From: Candidatus Latescibacterota bacterium
GTDB taxonomy: Bacteria > Latescibacterota > UBA2968 > UBA8231
Length of the DNA: 64,000 bases
Assembly: GCA_965217585.1 (NCBI GenBank)
Contig: OZ244561.1
Coordinates: forward strand, 6,304,001 to 6,368,000
Direction: 5' to 3'
Shown: positions 35,951-47,526 of the stretch, piece by piece
Position numbering within the stretch: the stretch's first letter is position 1
How the letters are laid out: each line of letters begins with the position of its first letter
Program-made: the position numbers and the translations under genes
Notes under the pieces: model-generated
Databases searched by the model: none
Told to the model about the DNA's origin: nothing
The model's input: only the letters and a program-made list of their open reading frames with translations

Positions 35951-36292
35951 TCAGAAAAACGATCCTTGCTTGAGAAACTCTACCGGCGCTTCCTCGCCCC
36001 AGCCGCGCGTGTAGTAGTCCTGCATGGTCAAGGACAGCAGGATGCACAGCCAGAAGAATCCGGCGACCGCAAAAAGCCCGACCAGCTTGGGGCTGTATTT
36101 CACGTGCATGAAGAACAAGATGACCAGCGATGCCTTTATCAAAGCGATGACCAAGGCGACGGGCGTATTCAAAAAGCCCATGTTGACGAAGGCGGCGGCC
36201 ACCGTGAGGGTCGTGCCGAGCATCAGGGAGAAGAAGATCAGAAAGTAGATCTTGAGCGGGACGACGTGATGTTCAGAGTGATGTTCAGACAT
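35951..36292 (-). CDS. ctaF: Cytochrome c oxidase subunit IV (caa3-type)
   Basis: Three TM helices; KASLVILFFMHVKY; last gene of the oxidase operon. Confidence 0.88.
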   Translation of the reverse strand: MSEHHSEHHVVPLKIYFLIFFSLMLGTTLTVAAAFVNMGFLNTPVALVIALIKASLVILFFMHVKYSPKLVGLFAVAGFFWLCILLSLTMQDYYTRGWGEEAPVEFLKQGSFF

Positions 36293-36951
36293 TAGTGACG
36301 GCCGATCAGATAGAGCAGTGGGAAGAGGAAAATCCACACGATATCCACGAAGTGCCAATAGAGGCCGCTAAGCTCGATCGGCGTAAAGTACTGGGCCGAA
36401 ATCTCGTTGCGCCGGACTTTGGCGATCATCCACAACATGATACCGACGCCGATGACCATGTGCAGCGCGTGCATCCCGGTCATCACGAAGTAAAACGAGA
36501 AGAAAATTTTGGCGTTGCCAAGCGAGACTGTGGGGTCGTTCCACTGGAACATGCTTCCGGGGATGAGGTGCTCGTGCCACTTGTGGCTGTACTCGATGTA
36601 CTTGACGCCTAAGAAGGTACATCCGAGAATAATCGTGGCGATGAGCCACCCCGTAATCGCGTTGCGACCGGCGTTGGTCTGCGCGGCACGGACGGCCAGC
36701 GCCATGGTCAGGCTGCTGGCGATCAGCACAATGGTGTTGAAGGTGCCCCAGGAGATATCTAGGTGGTGCGAGCCAGCGGTAAAGGCTTCGATATATTTGT
36801 AGCGATACACGGTGTAGGCACCGAACAACCCCCCGAAGAACAGAATTTCCTGAATGATGAACGCCCACATGCCGAGACTGGCGGTTTCGTATTGCTGCTG
36901 CGCTGTCTCGAACTGGTGTAGGTGGTGGGCGCTATGTGCGTGATCAGACAA
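36292..36951 (-). CDS. ctaE: Cytochrome c oxidase subunit III
   Basis: [44 protein letters not shown]; TTG start after AGGAGG. Confidence 0.93.
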   Translation of the reverse strand: MSDHAHSAHHLHQFETAQQQYETASLGMWAFIIQEILFFGGLFGAYTVYRYKYIEAFTAGSHHLDISWGTFNTIVLIASSLTMALAVRAAQTNAGRNAITGWLIATIILGCTFLGVKYIEYSHKWHEHLIPGSMFQWNDPTVSLGNAKIFFSFYFVMTGMHALHMVIGVGIMLWMIAKVRRNEISAQYFTPIELSGLYWHFVDIVWIFLFPLLYLIGRH

Positions 36952-38611
36952 CTTCATCCTCCTTAGCGCGTTCAGGTACGGCCTCGGTGCTTGGTGCCGC
37001 TGGTTCCTCCTCGCCGTAGGGATAGGCTTCCCAAGTAACTATCGGGATGGCTTCAAAGTTGTGGGCTATGGGAGGCGAGGGAATGTCCCATTCGAGACCC
37101 TTGGCTTGGAACGGATTGGCGGGGGCCTTTTCCCCCTTGAACAGGGACCAGAGGAGATAGACGATGGTCAGCGAGAAGCCCAGCCCGAGGACCGTGGCAC
37201 CCGCGGTGGACATGATGTTGAGGGCTTGCCATTCCTCGGGATAGGCGTGATAGCGCCGAGGCATTCCCAAGTAACCCAAGATAAATTGCGGAAAGAAGGT
37301 CAAGTTGAACCCGGCGAAGACGAACATGACGCCGAGCTTGGCCGCCCCTTCTGAATACATGCGCCCGGTCATTTTAGGCCACCAAAAATGCAGGCCACAG
37401 AGGAACCCCATGACCATGCCGCCCACCATGACATAGTGAAAGTGGGCGACCACGAAGTAGGTATCGTGGAGATGGACGTCTATGCCCAAGGTGGAGAGGA
37501 ACAGGCCCGTCAGGCCGCCGATAGTGAAAAGGCCGATAAAGCCCATCACGTAGAGCATAGGCGAGTCTAGCTTAACCGAGGCTTTGTGGAGGGTGAAAGA
37601 CCAGTTGAAAATTTTGATGGCCGTGGGTACGGCGATGAAGAAGGTGATGAAGGAAAAGACCATGCTGGCATAGGTGGATTGGCCCGATACGAACAAATGG
37701 TGGCCCCAGACGAGAAAGCCGAGGACGGCGATGGCCAGCGAGGAAAAAGCGACAAAGGAATAGCCGAAGACGCGCTTGCGCGAGAAGCAAGCTATGACTT
37801 CGCTGACGACGGCAAAGCCCGGCAGGATCATGATATATACGGCTGGATGCGAGTAAAACCAGAACATGTGCTGAAAGAGCACGGGGTCGCCGCCGTAATT
37901 GGGATCGAAAATGCCGATCTTGAAGAGGCGCTCGAAGCAGACCAGCAACAAGGTGATGGCGACCACCGGGGTGCCTAGGACCTGAATCAGGCTGGTCGCG
38001 TAGTGCCCCCAAATAAAAAGCGGCAAGCGGAACCACGTCATACCCGGGGCCCGCATCTTGTGGATGGTGACCATGAAGTTGACCCCGGTGAGGATCGAAG
38101 AGAAGCCGTTGACAAAAACGCCGACTAAGGCTAAGGAAACGAACGAAGTGGAGTACGTACTGCTATAAGGAGTGTAAAAAGTCCAACCCGTATCAATGCC
38201 CCCCATGATGATGGCCAGCACGGCGAAGGCTCCGCCGGCGACGTAGAGGTAGTAGCTCAGGAGATTCAGGCGGGGGAAGGCCACATCGCGGGCACCGATT
38301 TGCAGCGGGATGAAAAAGTTGCCCAACACCGCCGGGATCGAGGGGATCAGAAAGAAGAAGATCATCACCACCCCGTGCATGGTGAAGAGCTTGTTGTAGG
38401 TCTCGGCCTCGACCAAATCGCCTTTGGGCGTCATCAGCTCAAAGCGGATCATACTGGCGAAAAGGCTGCCGGCCAAGAAGAAGACCGCCAGCGTTATCAA
38501 GTAGAGGATACCGATGCGCTTGTGGTCTAGGGTCAGGAGCCAAGATTTGATCCCATACGTTTCGTTGAGATAGTTTCTCGGCTCGCCGTTGGCGCTCGCT
38601 GCGTGGCTCAT
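36944..38611 (-). CDS. ctaD: Cytochrome c oxidase subunit I (type A2)
   Basis: [20 protein letters not shown] (YS motif of type A2), VWGHH, VVAHFHY, GMPRRY. Confidence 0.97.
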   Translation of the reverse strand: MSHAASANGEPRNYLNETYGIKSWLLTLDHKRIGILYLITLAVFFLAGSLFASMIRFELMTPKGDLVEAETYNKLFTMHGVVMIFFFLIPSIPAVLGNFFIPLQIGARDVAFPRLNLLSYYLYVAGGAFAVLAIIMGGIDTGWTFYTPYSSTYSTSFVSLALVGVFVNGFSSILTGVNFMVTIHKMRAPGMTWFRLPLFIWGHYATSLIQVLGTPVVAITLLLVCFERLFKIGIFDPNYGGDPVLFQHMFWFYSHPAVYIMILPGFAVVSEVIACFSRKRVFGYSFVAFSSLAIAVLGFLVWGHHLFVSGQSTYASMVFSFITFFIAVPTAIKIFNWSFTLHKASVKLDSPMLYVMGFIGLFTIGGLTGLFLSTLGIDVHLHDTYFVVAHFHYVMVGGMVMGFLCGLHFWWPKMTGRMYSEGAAKLGVMFVFAGFNLTFFPQFILGYLGMPRRYHAYPEEWQALNIMSTAGATVLGLGFSLTIVYLLWSLFKGEKAPANPFQAKGLEWDIPSPPIAHNFEAIPIVTWEAYPYGEEEPAAPSTEAVPERAKEDEVV

Positions 38612-39552
38612 GGCTGGGTAACCTCGGATTCGCTCAGGGATTTGATATAGGATGCGATTTGCAACAGCGACTGCTCACTGATCTGCCCCTCAAAGACGGG
38701 CATAATCGACTCGTACCCAGCGACGATCTTGGCCCTGGGCTGGAGTATGGACTCGCGGATATAGTCGCTATCGACGACGATCTCCTGCCCATTGCTGAGC
38801 GTTACCGGTTTGTCGTAAAGCCCGACCAGCGAAGGGCCGCGTCCCGTGGCCGTGGATTTGTGGCAGGTCTCGCAGCCGAGTTTCTGGAACTGGCGTTCGC
38901 CCGCCTCGACCATGGATTCGCCGCTGGACGCTCCCATCAGCCAGTCGTGGTAATCCGCTGGCTCTAAGACGATCACCTTGCCGATCATACCCGAATGTTG
39001 GGTGCCGCAATACTCAGCGCAAAACAAGTGGAACTCGCCCGTCTGCGTGGCCTCGAACCACAGGGTCGTGTAGCGCCCGGGCAACACGTCGTTTTTGACG
39101 CGGAAGGCCGGGATGAAAAAGTCGTGGATTACATCCTCTGAAGTCATGGTCAGGCGGACGGGCTGGCCCTTGGGCACGTGCAGGGTATTGATCTCGCGCT
39201 TGCCCGATTCGTGTTGGATTTTCCACATCCACTGCTTGCCGACCGCGTAGATCTCCAAAGGATCGGACGGAGGCCGCTGGAGCCGGAAGAAGACATCGGC
39301 CCCGAGCAAAAAGACAAAAAGCGAGAGGAAGAGCGGGATGATGGTCCAAGACAGTTCGAGGACGAGATTGCCGTGAGTTTGCTCGGGCTGTTCGTCTTCA
39401 GAGCGGCGGCGGTACTTGATGGCGAAGATGATTACCATGCCGAAGACGAGCAGGCAGAAGACCACAGTCAAGACGAGCAAGAATGCGTACAGAGCATCTA
39501 CTTGCCAGGCGATGGTGGAGGCTTGGGCGGGAAAAAGTGGAAAGTCGGACAT
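38608..39552 (-). CDS. ctaC: Cytochrome c oxidase subunit II with fused cytochrome c
   Basis: DVIHDFFIP; [12 protein letters not shown] CuA site; C-terminal CETCH. Confidence 0.95.
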   Translation of the reverse strand: MSDFPLFPAQASTIAWQVDALYAFLLVLTVVFCLLVFGMVIIFAIKYRRRSEDEQPEQTHGNLVLELSWTIIPLFLSLFVFLLGADVFFRLQRPPSDPLEIYAVGKQWMWKIQHESGKREINTLHVPKGQPVRLTMTSEDVIHDFFIPAFRVKNDVLPGRYTTLWFEATQTGEFHLFCAEYCGTQHSGMIGKVIVLEPADYHDWLMGASSGESMVEAGERQFQKLGCETCHKSTATGRGPSLVGLYDKPVTLSNGQEIVVDSDYIRESILQPRAKIVAGYESIMPVFEGQISEQSLLQIASYIKSLSESEVTQP

Positions 39553-39570
39553 GCGGTTCAAGGCTCCGAA

Positions 39571-40410
39571 CTAGTTGAGCTGAGGCTGGTGCAGATTGTT
39601 GCGGCGCTCCCGCTTGAGCATGGCGATGATAAAGATCGCGAGAGCCAGCACAGTAATCAGCCCACCGATGCGCAGGGAATTGCGGATGTAGAGACCGTAT
39701 TTACCGGTCATTGGGTCGTAGCTATAGCAAAGCAGCAGCAGTTGATCGACCGGATTGCCGATGGCACCGTCGGCCGCTTCGACGAGACCCCAGCGCAAGT
39801 CGCGCGGGGGGTAGTCAATGCCGTAGAAATAGCGCGCCAGTTTGCCTTCCGGCGTCAGTACCATCAAGCCGCTGGCGTGGATGTACTGGTCGGTGTCTTC
39901 GTCGTATTCGTAGCGAAAGCCGACGGCTGCGGCTAGCTGTTCGATCTGGTCCTGCTCGCCGGTGAGGAAGTGCCAGCCCGTAGAACCATCGCGGCCGCGG
40001 TAGTTTTTGCTGTACTCGGCTTTTTTGGCCGCGGCCAATTCTGGTGTTTCCCCGGGATCGATGCTGATAGTCAAGACGTCGAAATCCGTTCCAATGCCAA
40101 AACTCAGCACGTTCATCGCCCGCAAGAGGCTGTTCAGCACTTGGGTGCAGAGCATGGGGCACTCGTAGTACGCCAAGGTGAGTACGACGGGCTTTTTGCC
40201 GAAGTATTGGCGCAGCGAGGTGCGCTTGCCGCTAGAGTCGGTGAATTCGAGATCCAAGGGGATCTGGTCGCCCAATTTCTGGTCGATGCCGATGCGCTGT
40301 TGTAGCTGCTGGGTATAACTCTGCGCCCCGGTCTGGCCGGCTAGCAAAAGCGGCAGAGTCAACGCCAAAAAGATCGCGCTCCGAGCGAATTTCGTTGTAT
40401 ATCTGCTCAT
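39571..40410 (-). CDS. SCO family protein
   Basis: YYECPMLC, WHFLTG, YIHASG. Confidence 0.9.
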   Translation of the reverse strand: MSRYTTKFARSAIFLALTLPLLLAGQTGAQSYTQQLQQRIGIDQKLGDQIPLDLEFTDSSGKRTSLRQYFGKKPVVLTLAYYECPMLCTQVLNSLLRAMNVLSFGIGTDFDVLTISIDPGETPELAAAKKAEYSKNYRGRDGSTGWHFLTGEQDQIEQLAAAVGFRYEYDEDTDQYIHASGLMVLTPEGKLARYFYGIDYPPRDLRWGLVEAADGAIGNPVDQLLLLCYSYDPMTGKYGLYIRNSLRIGGLITVLALAIFIIAMLKRERRNNLHQPQLN

Positions 40411-40799
40411 GGTGCCGCTGGCGCGATGAGCGGCATTTTGCCCTCGCTCACCAGATCAATTGCTCGCTCGATGGGAATGTGTACTACCTTCACTTGTTGG
40501 TCGATCCAACCATAGGAATTGAGGATCGCGGCTTCGTTTTGGGCCAGCTCGAACTTTTGCTTTGGTGGGTCCACCTGTAGCCGCGGCGCGTCGCTGGCAA
40601 TGCGGTTGTCGGCGAGCGGCGGGATCGGATCGTCGAAGAGCGGCTGGTAATAGGCAAAAACCTTGAATAAGACGATCATGCTGATAAAGGAAACGATGAC
40701 TAACGCGGCAATAAAAAGGCCGGTCTGTGCCAGCGGCGTTACCCGCGCATCCGTCGTCTCGTAGCCGGAGTTGGTTTGATTGTGTGCTTGTTCAGCCAT
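40407..40799 (-). CDS. Alternative complex III accessory subunit (ActG-like)
   Basis: Single TM; PRLQ...LNSYGWID...HIPIERAIDL; position between actF and sco. Confidence 0.65.
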   Translation of the reverse strand: MAEQAHNQTNSGYETTDARVTPLAQTGLFIAALVIVSFISMIVLFKVFAYYQPLFDDPIPPLADNRIASDAPRLQVDPPKQKFELAQNEAAILNSYGWIDQQVKVVHIPIERAIDLVSEGKMPLIAPAAP

Positions 40800-42027
40800 G
40801 ATTGCTTTCGCCGCGGTAGAGGTCTGCAAAGCGGGGGTCGTTTTGTGCGATCAGGGAGCGCTTTTTTAGTTGCGCGAAGAAAAGCGCAATGACGATGCCG
40901 CCGATGCCTATTGGAATGGCTAGGTCGAGCCAGTGTAGGGTGATCCCGGTGCTGTGGAAACTCGGACCCTTTTCGGCGTGGACCTTGGTGAAGGCCGGTG
41001 CCGTGATCCAGTACAAATCGACCAAGCGCATGAAGATCAAGCCGGCGGCAATGGTGCCGAGTAGCTTGGTTTTGGACTTCATGGTGCTGGATATGAGAAA
41101 CAGAAAGGGGACGGCAAAGTGAAACAGCAGCAGCCCATAGCCGACATATTGCCAGCCGCCTTCTAAACGGGTCATGTACCAGGTGATCTCCTCGGGCAAA
41201 TTAGCCGACCAGATGATGATCAACTGGGAAAACGAGGTGTATGCCCAGAGCATGACGCAGGCTAGCATAAAGGTGCCCAAGTCGCGCAGGTGCTGCTCGG
41301 TGATCACGCCCTGTAGCGGTTCCTGCCGCGAGAGGGGAACGGCGATGAGGTACGTGAACCCCCAAGCCATCAGTCCCATGCCTATGATGTAGATGATGCC
41401 GAAGATCGTCGAGAACCAATGCGGCTCGAGCGACATCAGCCAATCAACGGAGGCCAGCGTCGCGGTAAGAAAGAAAATGACGATGCCCGGACCGCTCAGG
41501 ACCTGCATGCGATGGGTCGGGTGGGTTGCCGTCGTTTGGTCCTGCTGTAGCGACCAGCGGTTGAGCAGGAAGGCGAACAGGCCCCAGATGGCGAAGTAGA
41601 GCACGGTGCGCACGATAAAGAAAGGCTCGTTGAGAAAGGGAGCCTTTTGCTGGAGGATGCTGTCTTCTTGCACTACGCCCTGGTGCGTCCACTCGTAGAG
41701 GTCGTGCAGGCCGAAGAAGAGGATCGGCAGCGACAGTAGAAACATCAGCGGCAAGGTGCGGGTCCCGGCTTCGAGCAAGCGCCGAATCGAAAACCCCCAA
41801 GTGCCACCGCCGACGTGGTGGATCATGAGGATGCCCATGCAGCCCAAGGGCAGGCCGATCCAGAAGGTAAAGGCCAGCAAATAAGAGCGGAAGAACTGCT
41901 CCTCGGCGGTGAAGTAGCCGACCGCAGTGGCGGCCAAGCCGACCAAGCCCACGACCAGCGCGCGACGCTGGAGGTTGTCTAAATAAGGATGTAGGGCAGC
42001 GGACTGTTGGGTAATCGACTCGTTCAT
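40792..42027 (-). CDS. actF: Alternative complex III subunit ActF
   Basis: About 10 TM; DWLMSLEPHWFSTIFG, SQLIIIWSANLPEE. Confidence 0.88.
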   Translation of the reverse strand: MNESITQQSAALHPYLDNLQRRALVVGLVGLAATAVGYFTAEEQFFRSYLLAFTFWIGLPLGCMGILMIHHVGGGTWGFSIRRLLEAGTRTLPLMFLLSLPILFFGLHDLYEWTHQGVVQEDSILQQKAPFLNEPFFIVRTVLYFAIWGLFAFLLNRWSLQQDQTTATHPTHRMQVLSGPGIVIFFLTATLASVDWLMSLEPHWFSTIFGIIYIIGMGLMAWGFTYLIAVPLSRQEPLQGVITEQHLRDLGTFMLACVMLWAYTSFSQLIIIWSANLPEEITWYMTRLEGGWQYVGYGLLLFHFAVPFLFLISSTMKSKTKLLGTIAAGLIFMRLVDLYWITAPAFTKVHAEKGPSFHSTGITLHWLDLAIPIGIGGIVIALFFAQLKKRSLIAQNDPRFADLYRGESNHG

Positions 42028-42608
42028 TGAAGTTGCCTTTGGTCCTCGGCTGGCAATTGGTCGAATTCGAGGTTCTGACTTAGCTGTAACACCTTGATAT
42101 AGGCGGCGATGGCCCAACGGTCGGCCACGGGAATGCGGGAGGCATAGCTATACATGACGCCAAAGCCGTTGGTCATGACATCGAAAAAGTGGCCGACGGG
42201 GACCTCGCGCAGCCGCTCTTGGTGATAACTTGGCGGCTGCTTAAGCCCCCGCTGGACGATCATGCCGTTACCCGAGCCGGTCTTGTCGTGGCAGGGGGAG
42301 CAGAAAATGTTGAAGCGCTCCCGGCCGCGTTCTAGTAGCTGGCGGTCAACTACCATCGGCAAGGTTTCAGCGAGTTGGCCTTGTATTTTGCCTTGGTAGA
42401 AGTGCTCGTCGAGCATTAATTGGCCCTGTGCCACGGTGCCGTCAACCTGCGAGCGGAAAGACATACCGTCGGCGAAGAAGGCTGAGGCCTCTAGCGGCTC
42501 GTATTTTTCTTGGTCGTACATGGCCTGCCGCAGCTCGCAACCGGCGGTGCCAATCAGCAACAGCACCGCTCCGAACAGGGCAACGGGCCGTCGGCTAGCG
42601 ATGGTCAT
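42024..42608 (-). CDS. actE: Alternative complex III monoheme cytochrome c lipoprotein ActE
   Basis: Lipobox TAGC; MYDQEKYEP; CSPCH; DRWAIAAYI. Confidence 0.88.
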   Translation of the reverse strand: MTIASRRPVALFGAVLLLIGTAGCELRQAMYDQEKYEPLEASAFFADGMSFRSQVDGTVAQGQLMLDEHFYQGKIQGQLAETLPMVVDRQLLERGRERFNIFCSPCHDKTGSGNGMIVQRGLKQPPSYHQERLREVPVGHFFDVMTNGFGVMYSYASRIPVADRWAIAAYIKVLQLSQNLEFDQLPAEDQRQLQ

Positions 42609-42609
42609 T

Positions 42610-43155
42610 TCACTTTTCAACTTCGACAACCTCATGCGGATTCAGGCCGCGCAGAAAGTCCTCGGTTTTTTGGCGGTCGAACAGGGGATCCTCGGCCTCG
42701 ATGCTGAGAAAGAAGCGATCTTGGCTGGCGCGGGCGAAATTGGGCGCGTTGAAGACCGGGTGATAGGGCTGGGGCAGACCGTTGGCGATGAACATGCCAA
42801 AGGCCGAACTAAGCGCGGCAAAGAGGATGGTCAGCTCAAAGGTCACCGGGATGAACATCGGCCCGCTGTGCAAGGGCTTGCCGGCGATATTGAGCGGATA
42901 GTCTACGGCCGAGACCCAATAACACAGGGAGTAGCCCGTGATGGCACCGAGCAGGCCAAAGGCGAAAACCAGCCAGGGTAACTTGGTGCGTGGAAAGCCG
43001 ATGGCCTCGCCCAAGCCGTGGATGGGCATGGGCGAATAGCCGTCGATCTTGCGATAGCCAGCGGCGAAGGTCGCCTTGGCCGCGGCCAGCAAGTCGTCGG
43101 GGGATTCAAATTCGGCCAGCAGGCCGTAGGGCGTTGATTCTTCGTGCTGCAGCAT
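42610..43155 (-). CDS. actD: Alternative complex III subunit ActD (DUF3341)
   Basis: YSPMPIHGL, YPLNIAGKP, FELTILFAA. Confidence 0.88.
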   Translation of the reverse strand: MLQHEESTPYGLLAEFESPDDLLAAAKATFAAGYRKIDGYSPMPIHGLGEAIGFPRTKLPWLVFAFGLLGAITGYSLCYWVSAVDYPLNIAGKPLHSGPMFIPVTFELTILFAALSSAFGMFIANGLPQPYHPVFNAPNFARASQDRFFLSIEAEDPLFDRQKTEDFLRGLNPHEVVEVEK

Positions 43156-43167
43156 AAGTTCAATGGC

Positions 43168-44541
43168 TCACTTGTGGTCTCCAGCGGCCAGCAGATTGCG
43201 GATCTCGTGGATGGAAATCATCGGTAGGCCGCGGACGAACAGAAAAAACAGGACGATGAATAGGCCGATGGTCCCCGCGTAGATGGCGATGTCCCAGATT
43301 GTCGGGTGGAACATGTCCCAAGAAGAGGGCATAAAATCCCGGTGTAGACTCGTGACGACGATGATAAAGCGCTCCAACCACATGCCGACGTTGATGAACT
43401 GGGAAATGAAAAATAGCCAGAACATGCTCGTGCGGAAGTGCCTAAACCACAGGAGCTGCGGCACGATTATGTTGCAGACAATCAAGGCCCAATAGAAGGG
43501 GCCGTACGGGCCATGCATGCGGTTTTGCATCATATAGCCCTCGAAGGCACTAGCGCTGTACCAGGATATGAGTTGTTCCATGAAGTAGCCATATCCCACA
43601 ATCAGCCCGGAAGCCAGCATAACTTTGCCCATGTTGTTTAGATGGCGCTCGGTTATGAAGTCGTCCAAGCCATAGATGAGGCGCATGGGGATCATCAAGG
43701 TCAGCACCATGGCAAAGCCCGCGTAGATTGCCCCGGCAACGAAATAGGGGGGGAATATGGTCGTGTGCCACCCGGGTATCAGGCTGACGGCAAAGTCGAG
43801 ACTGACGACGCTGTGGACAGAGAGCACGAGGGGCGTGGAGAGGCCGGCCAGCAGGAGAGACGCCATTTCGTAGCGCTCCCAGTGAATGGCCGAGCCGCGC
43901 CAGCCGAGCGCGAGCATGCCGTAAATGACTTGGGCGATGCGATTTTTGGCGCGGTCACGCAGGCTCGCTAAATCTGGGACCAAACCGACAAACCAAAAGA
44001 CCAGCGACACCGTCAAATAGGTCGAGACCGCGAAGACGTCCCAGATCAGCGGGCTGCGGAACTGTGGCCAGATGTCCATGGAGTTGGGATAGGGCAACAG
44101 CCAGTAGCAGGCCAACCAGGGCCGCCCCGTGTGAAAGAGCGGAAACTGCGCGGCGCAGAGCACGGCAAAGATGGTCATGGCCTCTGCCGCGCGGTTTATT
44201 GAGGTGCGCCACCGCTGCCGGAACAGCAGTAGAATCGCCGAGATCAGGGTACCGGCGTGACCGATACCGATCCACCAGACAAAATTGATGATGGCCCAAC
44301 CCCAGCCCACCGGGTTGTTGAGGCCCCAGATGCCCACGCCCTCAAAGAGCAGATAGGGAACGCCTATCATGAACCCGTGCAGCAGCAGAAAGCCCACAGC
44401 AAAGCAGATGAACCACGCCAGCGGGGTGTTTCTGGTGAGGACGATCCCACTAATCTTGTCGGTGATCGAGGTGTACGAGGTCTGGCTCGGGCCGAGTTCC
44501 GACACTGGGGGGCGATAAGGCGTTTTCGCAGTTTCGGACAT
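43168..44541 (-). CDS. actC: Alternative complex III subunit ActC (NrfD/PsrC family)
   Basis: [48 protein letters not shown]. Confidence 0.93.
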   Translation of the reverse strand: MSETAKTPYRPPVSELGPSQTSYTSITDKISGIVLTRNTPLAWFICFAVGFLLLHGFMIGVPYLLFEGVGIWGLNNPVGWGWAIINFVWWIGIGHAGTLISAILLLFRQRWRTSINRAAEAMTIFAVLCAAQFPLFHTGRPWLACYWLLPYPNSMDIWPQFRSPLIWDVFAVSTYLTVSLVFWFVGLVPDLASLRDRAKNRIAQVIYGMLALGWRGSAIHWERYEMASLLLAGLSTPLVLSVHSVVSLDFAVSLIPGWHTTIFPPYFVAGAIYAGFAMVLTLMIPMRLIYGLDDFITERHLNNMGKVMLASGLIVGYGYFMEQLISWYSASAFEGYMMQNRMHGPYGPFYWALIVCNIIVPQLLWFRHFRTSMFWLFFISQFINVGMWLERFIIVVTSLHRDFMPSSWDMFHPTIWDIAIYAGTIGLFIVLFFLFVRGLPMISIHEIRNLLAAGDHK

Positions 44542-44542
44542 C

Positions 44543-47524
44543 CTAAGCCTCAGCAATTTTTGGATTGGGGTTTTTGATACCTGCTAAATAGGTGGTGCGA
44601 GGCCGCGTGTTTAACTCGGTTAGGATGCCGTAGTTGAGCGGGGACTCCTTGAGGGCGGTGACCCGGCTCTCGGGGTCGTTGATGTCTCCGAAGACGATGG
44701 CTTCGGTGGGGCAGGCCTGTTCGCAGGCGGTGGTGATCTCACCATCGCCTATGGTGCGACTGGCCTTTTTAGCCTCAATCCGCGCTTGATTGATGCGCTG
44801 GACGCAGTACGTGCATTTTTCCATTACGCCGCGGGAGCGCGTGGTGACATCCGGGTTGCGCTGTAGTTTTAAGCTCTCGGTATCACGGTCGGCGTATTGG
44901 AGGAAGTTGAAGCGCCGAACCTTGTAGGGGCAGTTGTTGGCGCAATAGCGGGTGCCGACGCAGCGATTGTAAACCATGTCGTTGAGGCCCTCGTCGCTAT
45001 GAGTTGTCGCCGCGACCGGGCAAACCAATTCGCAAGGGGCGTTTTCACACTGCATGCACGGCACGGGCTGGTGCACGATCTGGGGGTTGTCGAGCGAACC
45101 CTTGTAGTAGCGATCGACGCGAATCCAGGGCATTTCGCGGCCGTTGAGGACCTCGTCCTTGCCCACGATGGGGATGTTGTTTTCGGCTTGGCAGGCCGTC
45201 GCACACGCATTGCAGCCAGTGCAGGCCCCTAGATCAATCACCATACCCCAGGCGTAGCCCGTGTATTGGTGATCTGTGCGGTTGTGCAGCGTCAAGTCAT
45301 CGGGCGGGTCGTGGGCACCCTCGTGGGCAAAGTGCGGATGCTCCTTATAGTAGTCCAGCGAGGCTTGGCGTACGAAGTTGCGGCCCTCCATGGTCTGGTG
45401 ATCTTGGGTGCAGGCGAGGCGATAGCCGTCGTACGAGCCGCTGACCTGTAAGCCGACGCCGCTCCACAAGGCCGCTGTAGGCCGCAGAGCATAGGCATTG
45501 AATCCCGTGTCGCGCCCGACTCGGCCACTGCGCTGCTGGCCGTAGCCCAAGTGCAAGGTGACGACGCCGTCGGCTTGGCCGGGCACGATCCAAACCGCGG
45601 CATTGATCGCGCGCCCATCAAAGCGCAGCTCGGCGAGGAATTCGCTCTTGAGCCGCAGGCGCTCGGCCGTGGCCGGGCTGACGAGGGCGGCGTTGTCCCA
45701 AGTTAGCTTCGTGATGGGCTTCGGGGTTTCCTGGAGCCAAGCGTTGTTGGCAAAGCGGCCGTCCCACAATAGAGGATCGGGCCGAAAGTGGATTTCAAGA
45801 TCTTCTTCGGCGGGAAGGTTTCCAGTCGTTGCCGGCAGGCGCAGCGGACCTAGCTGCACGGATTGGGCTTGGGGGCGTGCGCCTTCGACGAAGCCGTCGT
45901 GCAGTGCGCGGCGCCAAGCAATGGCGTCCAGCCCTTGGCCCTCCCAGTACTGGCGCACGATGTCGAGATCGGGGACTCCGGGCTGGCCGTTGAGCACCGC
46001 CAAGAGGTCGTGCGCTGATTTGCTCTTGTAGAGCGGGCGGATCAGCGGCTGGACGATCGTGGCGAGGCCGTCGTGGGCGCGGGTGTCGCTCCAAGCTTCG
46101 AGAAAGTGAGATTCTGGGATGTGCCAGTGGCAGAGTTCCGACGTTTCGTTGTCGTACAGGCCGAGGTGGACGCGGTAGCCGACCTTGTCGAGCGCCGCAG
46201 CAAAGTCGAGATCCACAGGCGCGTCGTACACTGGATTGCCGCCGAGGATGAACAGGGACTCGACTTGGCCAGCGTTCATGTCGGCGACTAAAGCGGATAG
46301 CGACTCGCGCTGGTCAACCGACTCGACTTCAAGGGGTTCGGTGTAGTGTACGGTTGCGCCTGCATTGCCTAGGGCGTGGTTGATCGCATGGGCCAACGCG
46401 TGTATGGCTGGGGCTTGCTGGTCTCCAGCGAGCACGAGGCTTTGGCCACGATGGGCCTTTAGGTCGTCGACTAGAGCTGAAATCCAGGCGTTGTGGGCGG
46501 AGAAGTCGGCGGGAACGCTCGGTCCCTCCCAGCCAATGCCAAGCCCTTGGGCCACTTTTAAGGCCAAGGCTTCTATGTGCGCTGTGCCTAGTGCCAAACG
46601 GTGATCGGCTACGCTGCCCGTGGCCGTTGGACTGCTCTCGACCGCGTAGAGTCGGTTGCTGGCCTTGGAGCCGTCGCGGACCCTGCGACCGGCCACGAAG
46701 TCCCGAGCGTGGCGGACATTGCCAGCACCGCTGTAGGTAAAATCCGCGTCCAGCGATAGAATGATCTTGGCTTTGGCTAAGTCGTAAAACGCATGGACCG
46801 GCTCGCCAAACGCCATTTGGGTCCCGGCGCGAGTGTTGTCGCGATTGACAGGTTCGTACTGGTGCCACTGGGCTTGGGGAAATTTGTCCCGCAGGACCTG
46901 CAACTGGTGCCCGAGGGTCGGAGAAGTCACCGTTTGGGTCAGGATGCGCAGGCCAGCACCGCCGTTGGCCTCATGCACGCTCAGCCGCTGCGCCAGATCG
47001 GCTAGGAAGATGCTCCAAGCGCTGATGCGACCGGCGTTTTTGACTGTTTGCGAGCGGTCGGGGTCGTAGAGGTCGAGGATCGAAGCCTGTACGAGCGCAT
47101 TAGAGCCTCTGCTGCCGGAGGGGTGCGCGGAGTTGCCTTCGATTTTGGTCGGCCGCCCCATGTGGCTCTCGACCAAAATGCCCATTCCAATACCCCCAAG
47201 CGAGGTGGCGGAAGCAAAGTACTGAGGCTTACCGGGAATGACGTCTTCGGGGGCCCGGACCTGGGGGACGATTTTTTCGCTGGGCTGAATCGTACAGCCC
47301 GAAAGCCCGCCCAGTGCCAGCGATGCACTCATGAGCTTGAGAAAATTCCGCCGACTTACCGGATCCTTCAACTCGGCAGCTTGCTCGGGGAACTCGCGCT
47401 GGACCATGGCGGCGAATTCTTCGGTTTGGGCCAATTGGTCCAAGCTGCGCCAGTACTCTTGCCCCTGTGCGTCTTCGAGGCGGGCGCGGATGGCCGAGAG
47501 ATCGATATTTTTTCTGGTTTCCAT
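44543..47524 (-). CDS. actB: Alternative complex III subunit ActB (molybdopterin-oxidoreductase-like domain plus Fe-S domain)
   Basis: YWRSL, Tat-like [18 protein letters not shown]; [33 protein letters not shown]. Confidence 0.93.
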   Translation of the reverse strand: METRKNIDLSAIRARLEDAQGQEYWRSLDQLAQTEEFAAMVQREFPEQAAELKDPVSRRNFLKLMSASLALGGLSGCTIQPSEKIVPQVRAPEDVIPGKPQYFASATSLGGIGMGILVESHMGRPTKIEGNSAHPSGSRGSNALVQASILDLYDPDRSQTVKNAGRISAWSIFLADLAQRLSVHEANGGAGLRILTQTVTSPTLGHQLQVLRDKFPQAQWHQYEPVNRDNTRAGTQMAFGEPVHAFYDLAKAKIILSLDADFTYSGAGNVRHARDFVAGRRVRDGSKASNRLYAVESSPTATGSVADHRLALGTAHIEALALKVAQGLGIGWEGPSVPADFSAHNAWISALVDDLKAHRGQSLVLAGDQQAPAIHALAHAINHALGNAGATVHYTEPLEVESVDQRESLSALVADMNAGQVESLFILGGNPVYDAPVDLDFAAALDKVGYRVHLGLYDNETSELCHWHIPESHFLEAWSDTRAHDGLATIVQPLIRPLYKSKSAHDLLAVLNGQPGVPDLDIVRQYWEGQGLDAIAWRRALHDGFVEGARPQAQSVQLGPLRLPATTGNLPAEEDLEIHFRPDPLLWDGRFANNAWLQETPKPITKLTWDNAALVSPATAERLRLKSEFLAELRFDGRAINAAVWIVPGQADGVVTLHLGYGQQRSGRVGRDTGFNAYALRPTAALWSGVGLQVSGSYDGYRLACTQDHQTMEGRNFVRQASLDYYKEHPHFAHEGAHDPPDDLTLHNRTDHQYTGYAWGMVIDLGACTGCNACATACQAENNIPIVGKDEVLNGREMPWIRVDRYYKGSLDNPQIVHQPVPCMQCENAPCELVCPVAATTHSDEGLNDMVYNRCVGTRYCANNCPYKVRRFNFLQYADRDTESLKLQRNPDVTTRSRGVMEKCTYCVQRINQARIEAKKASRTIGDGEITTACEQACPTEAIVFGDINDPESRVTALKESPLNYGILTELNTRPRTTYLAGIKNPNPKIAEA

Positions 47525-47526
47525 GT

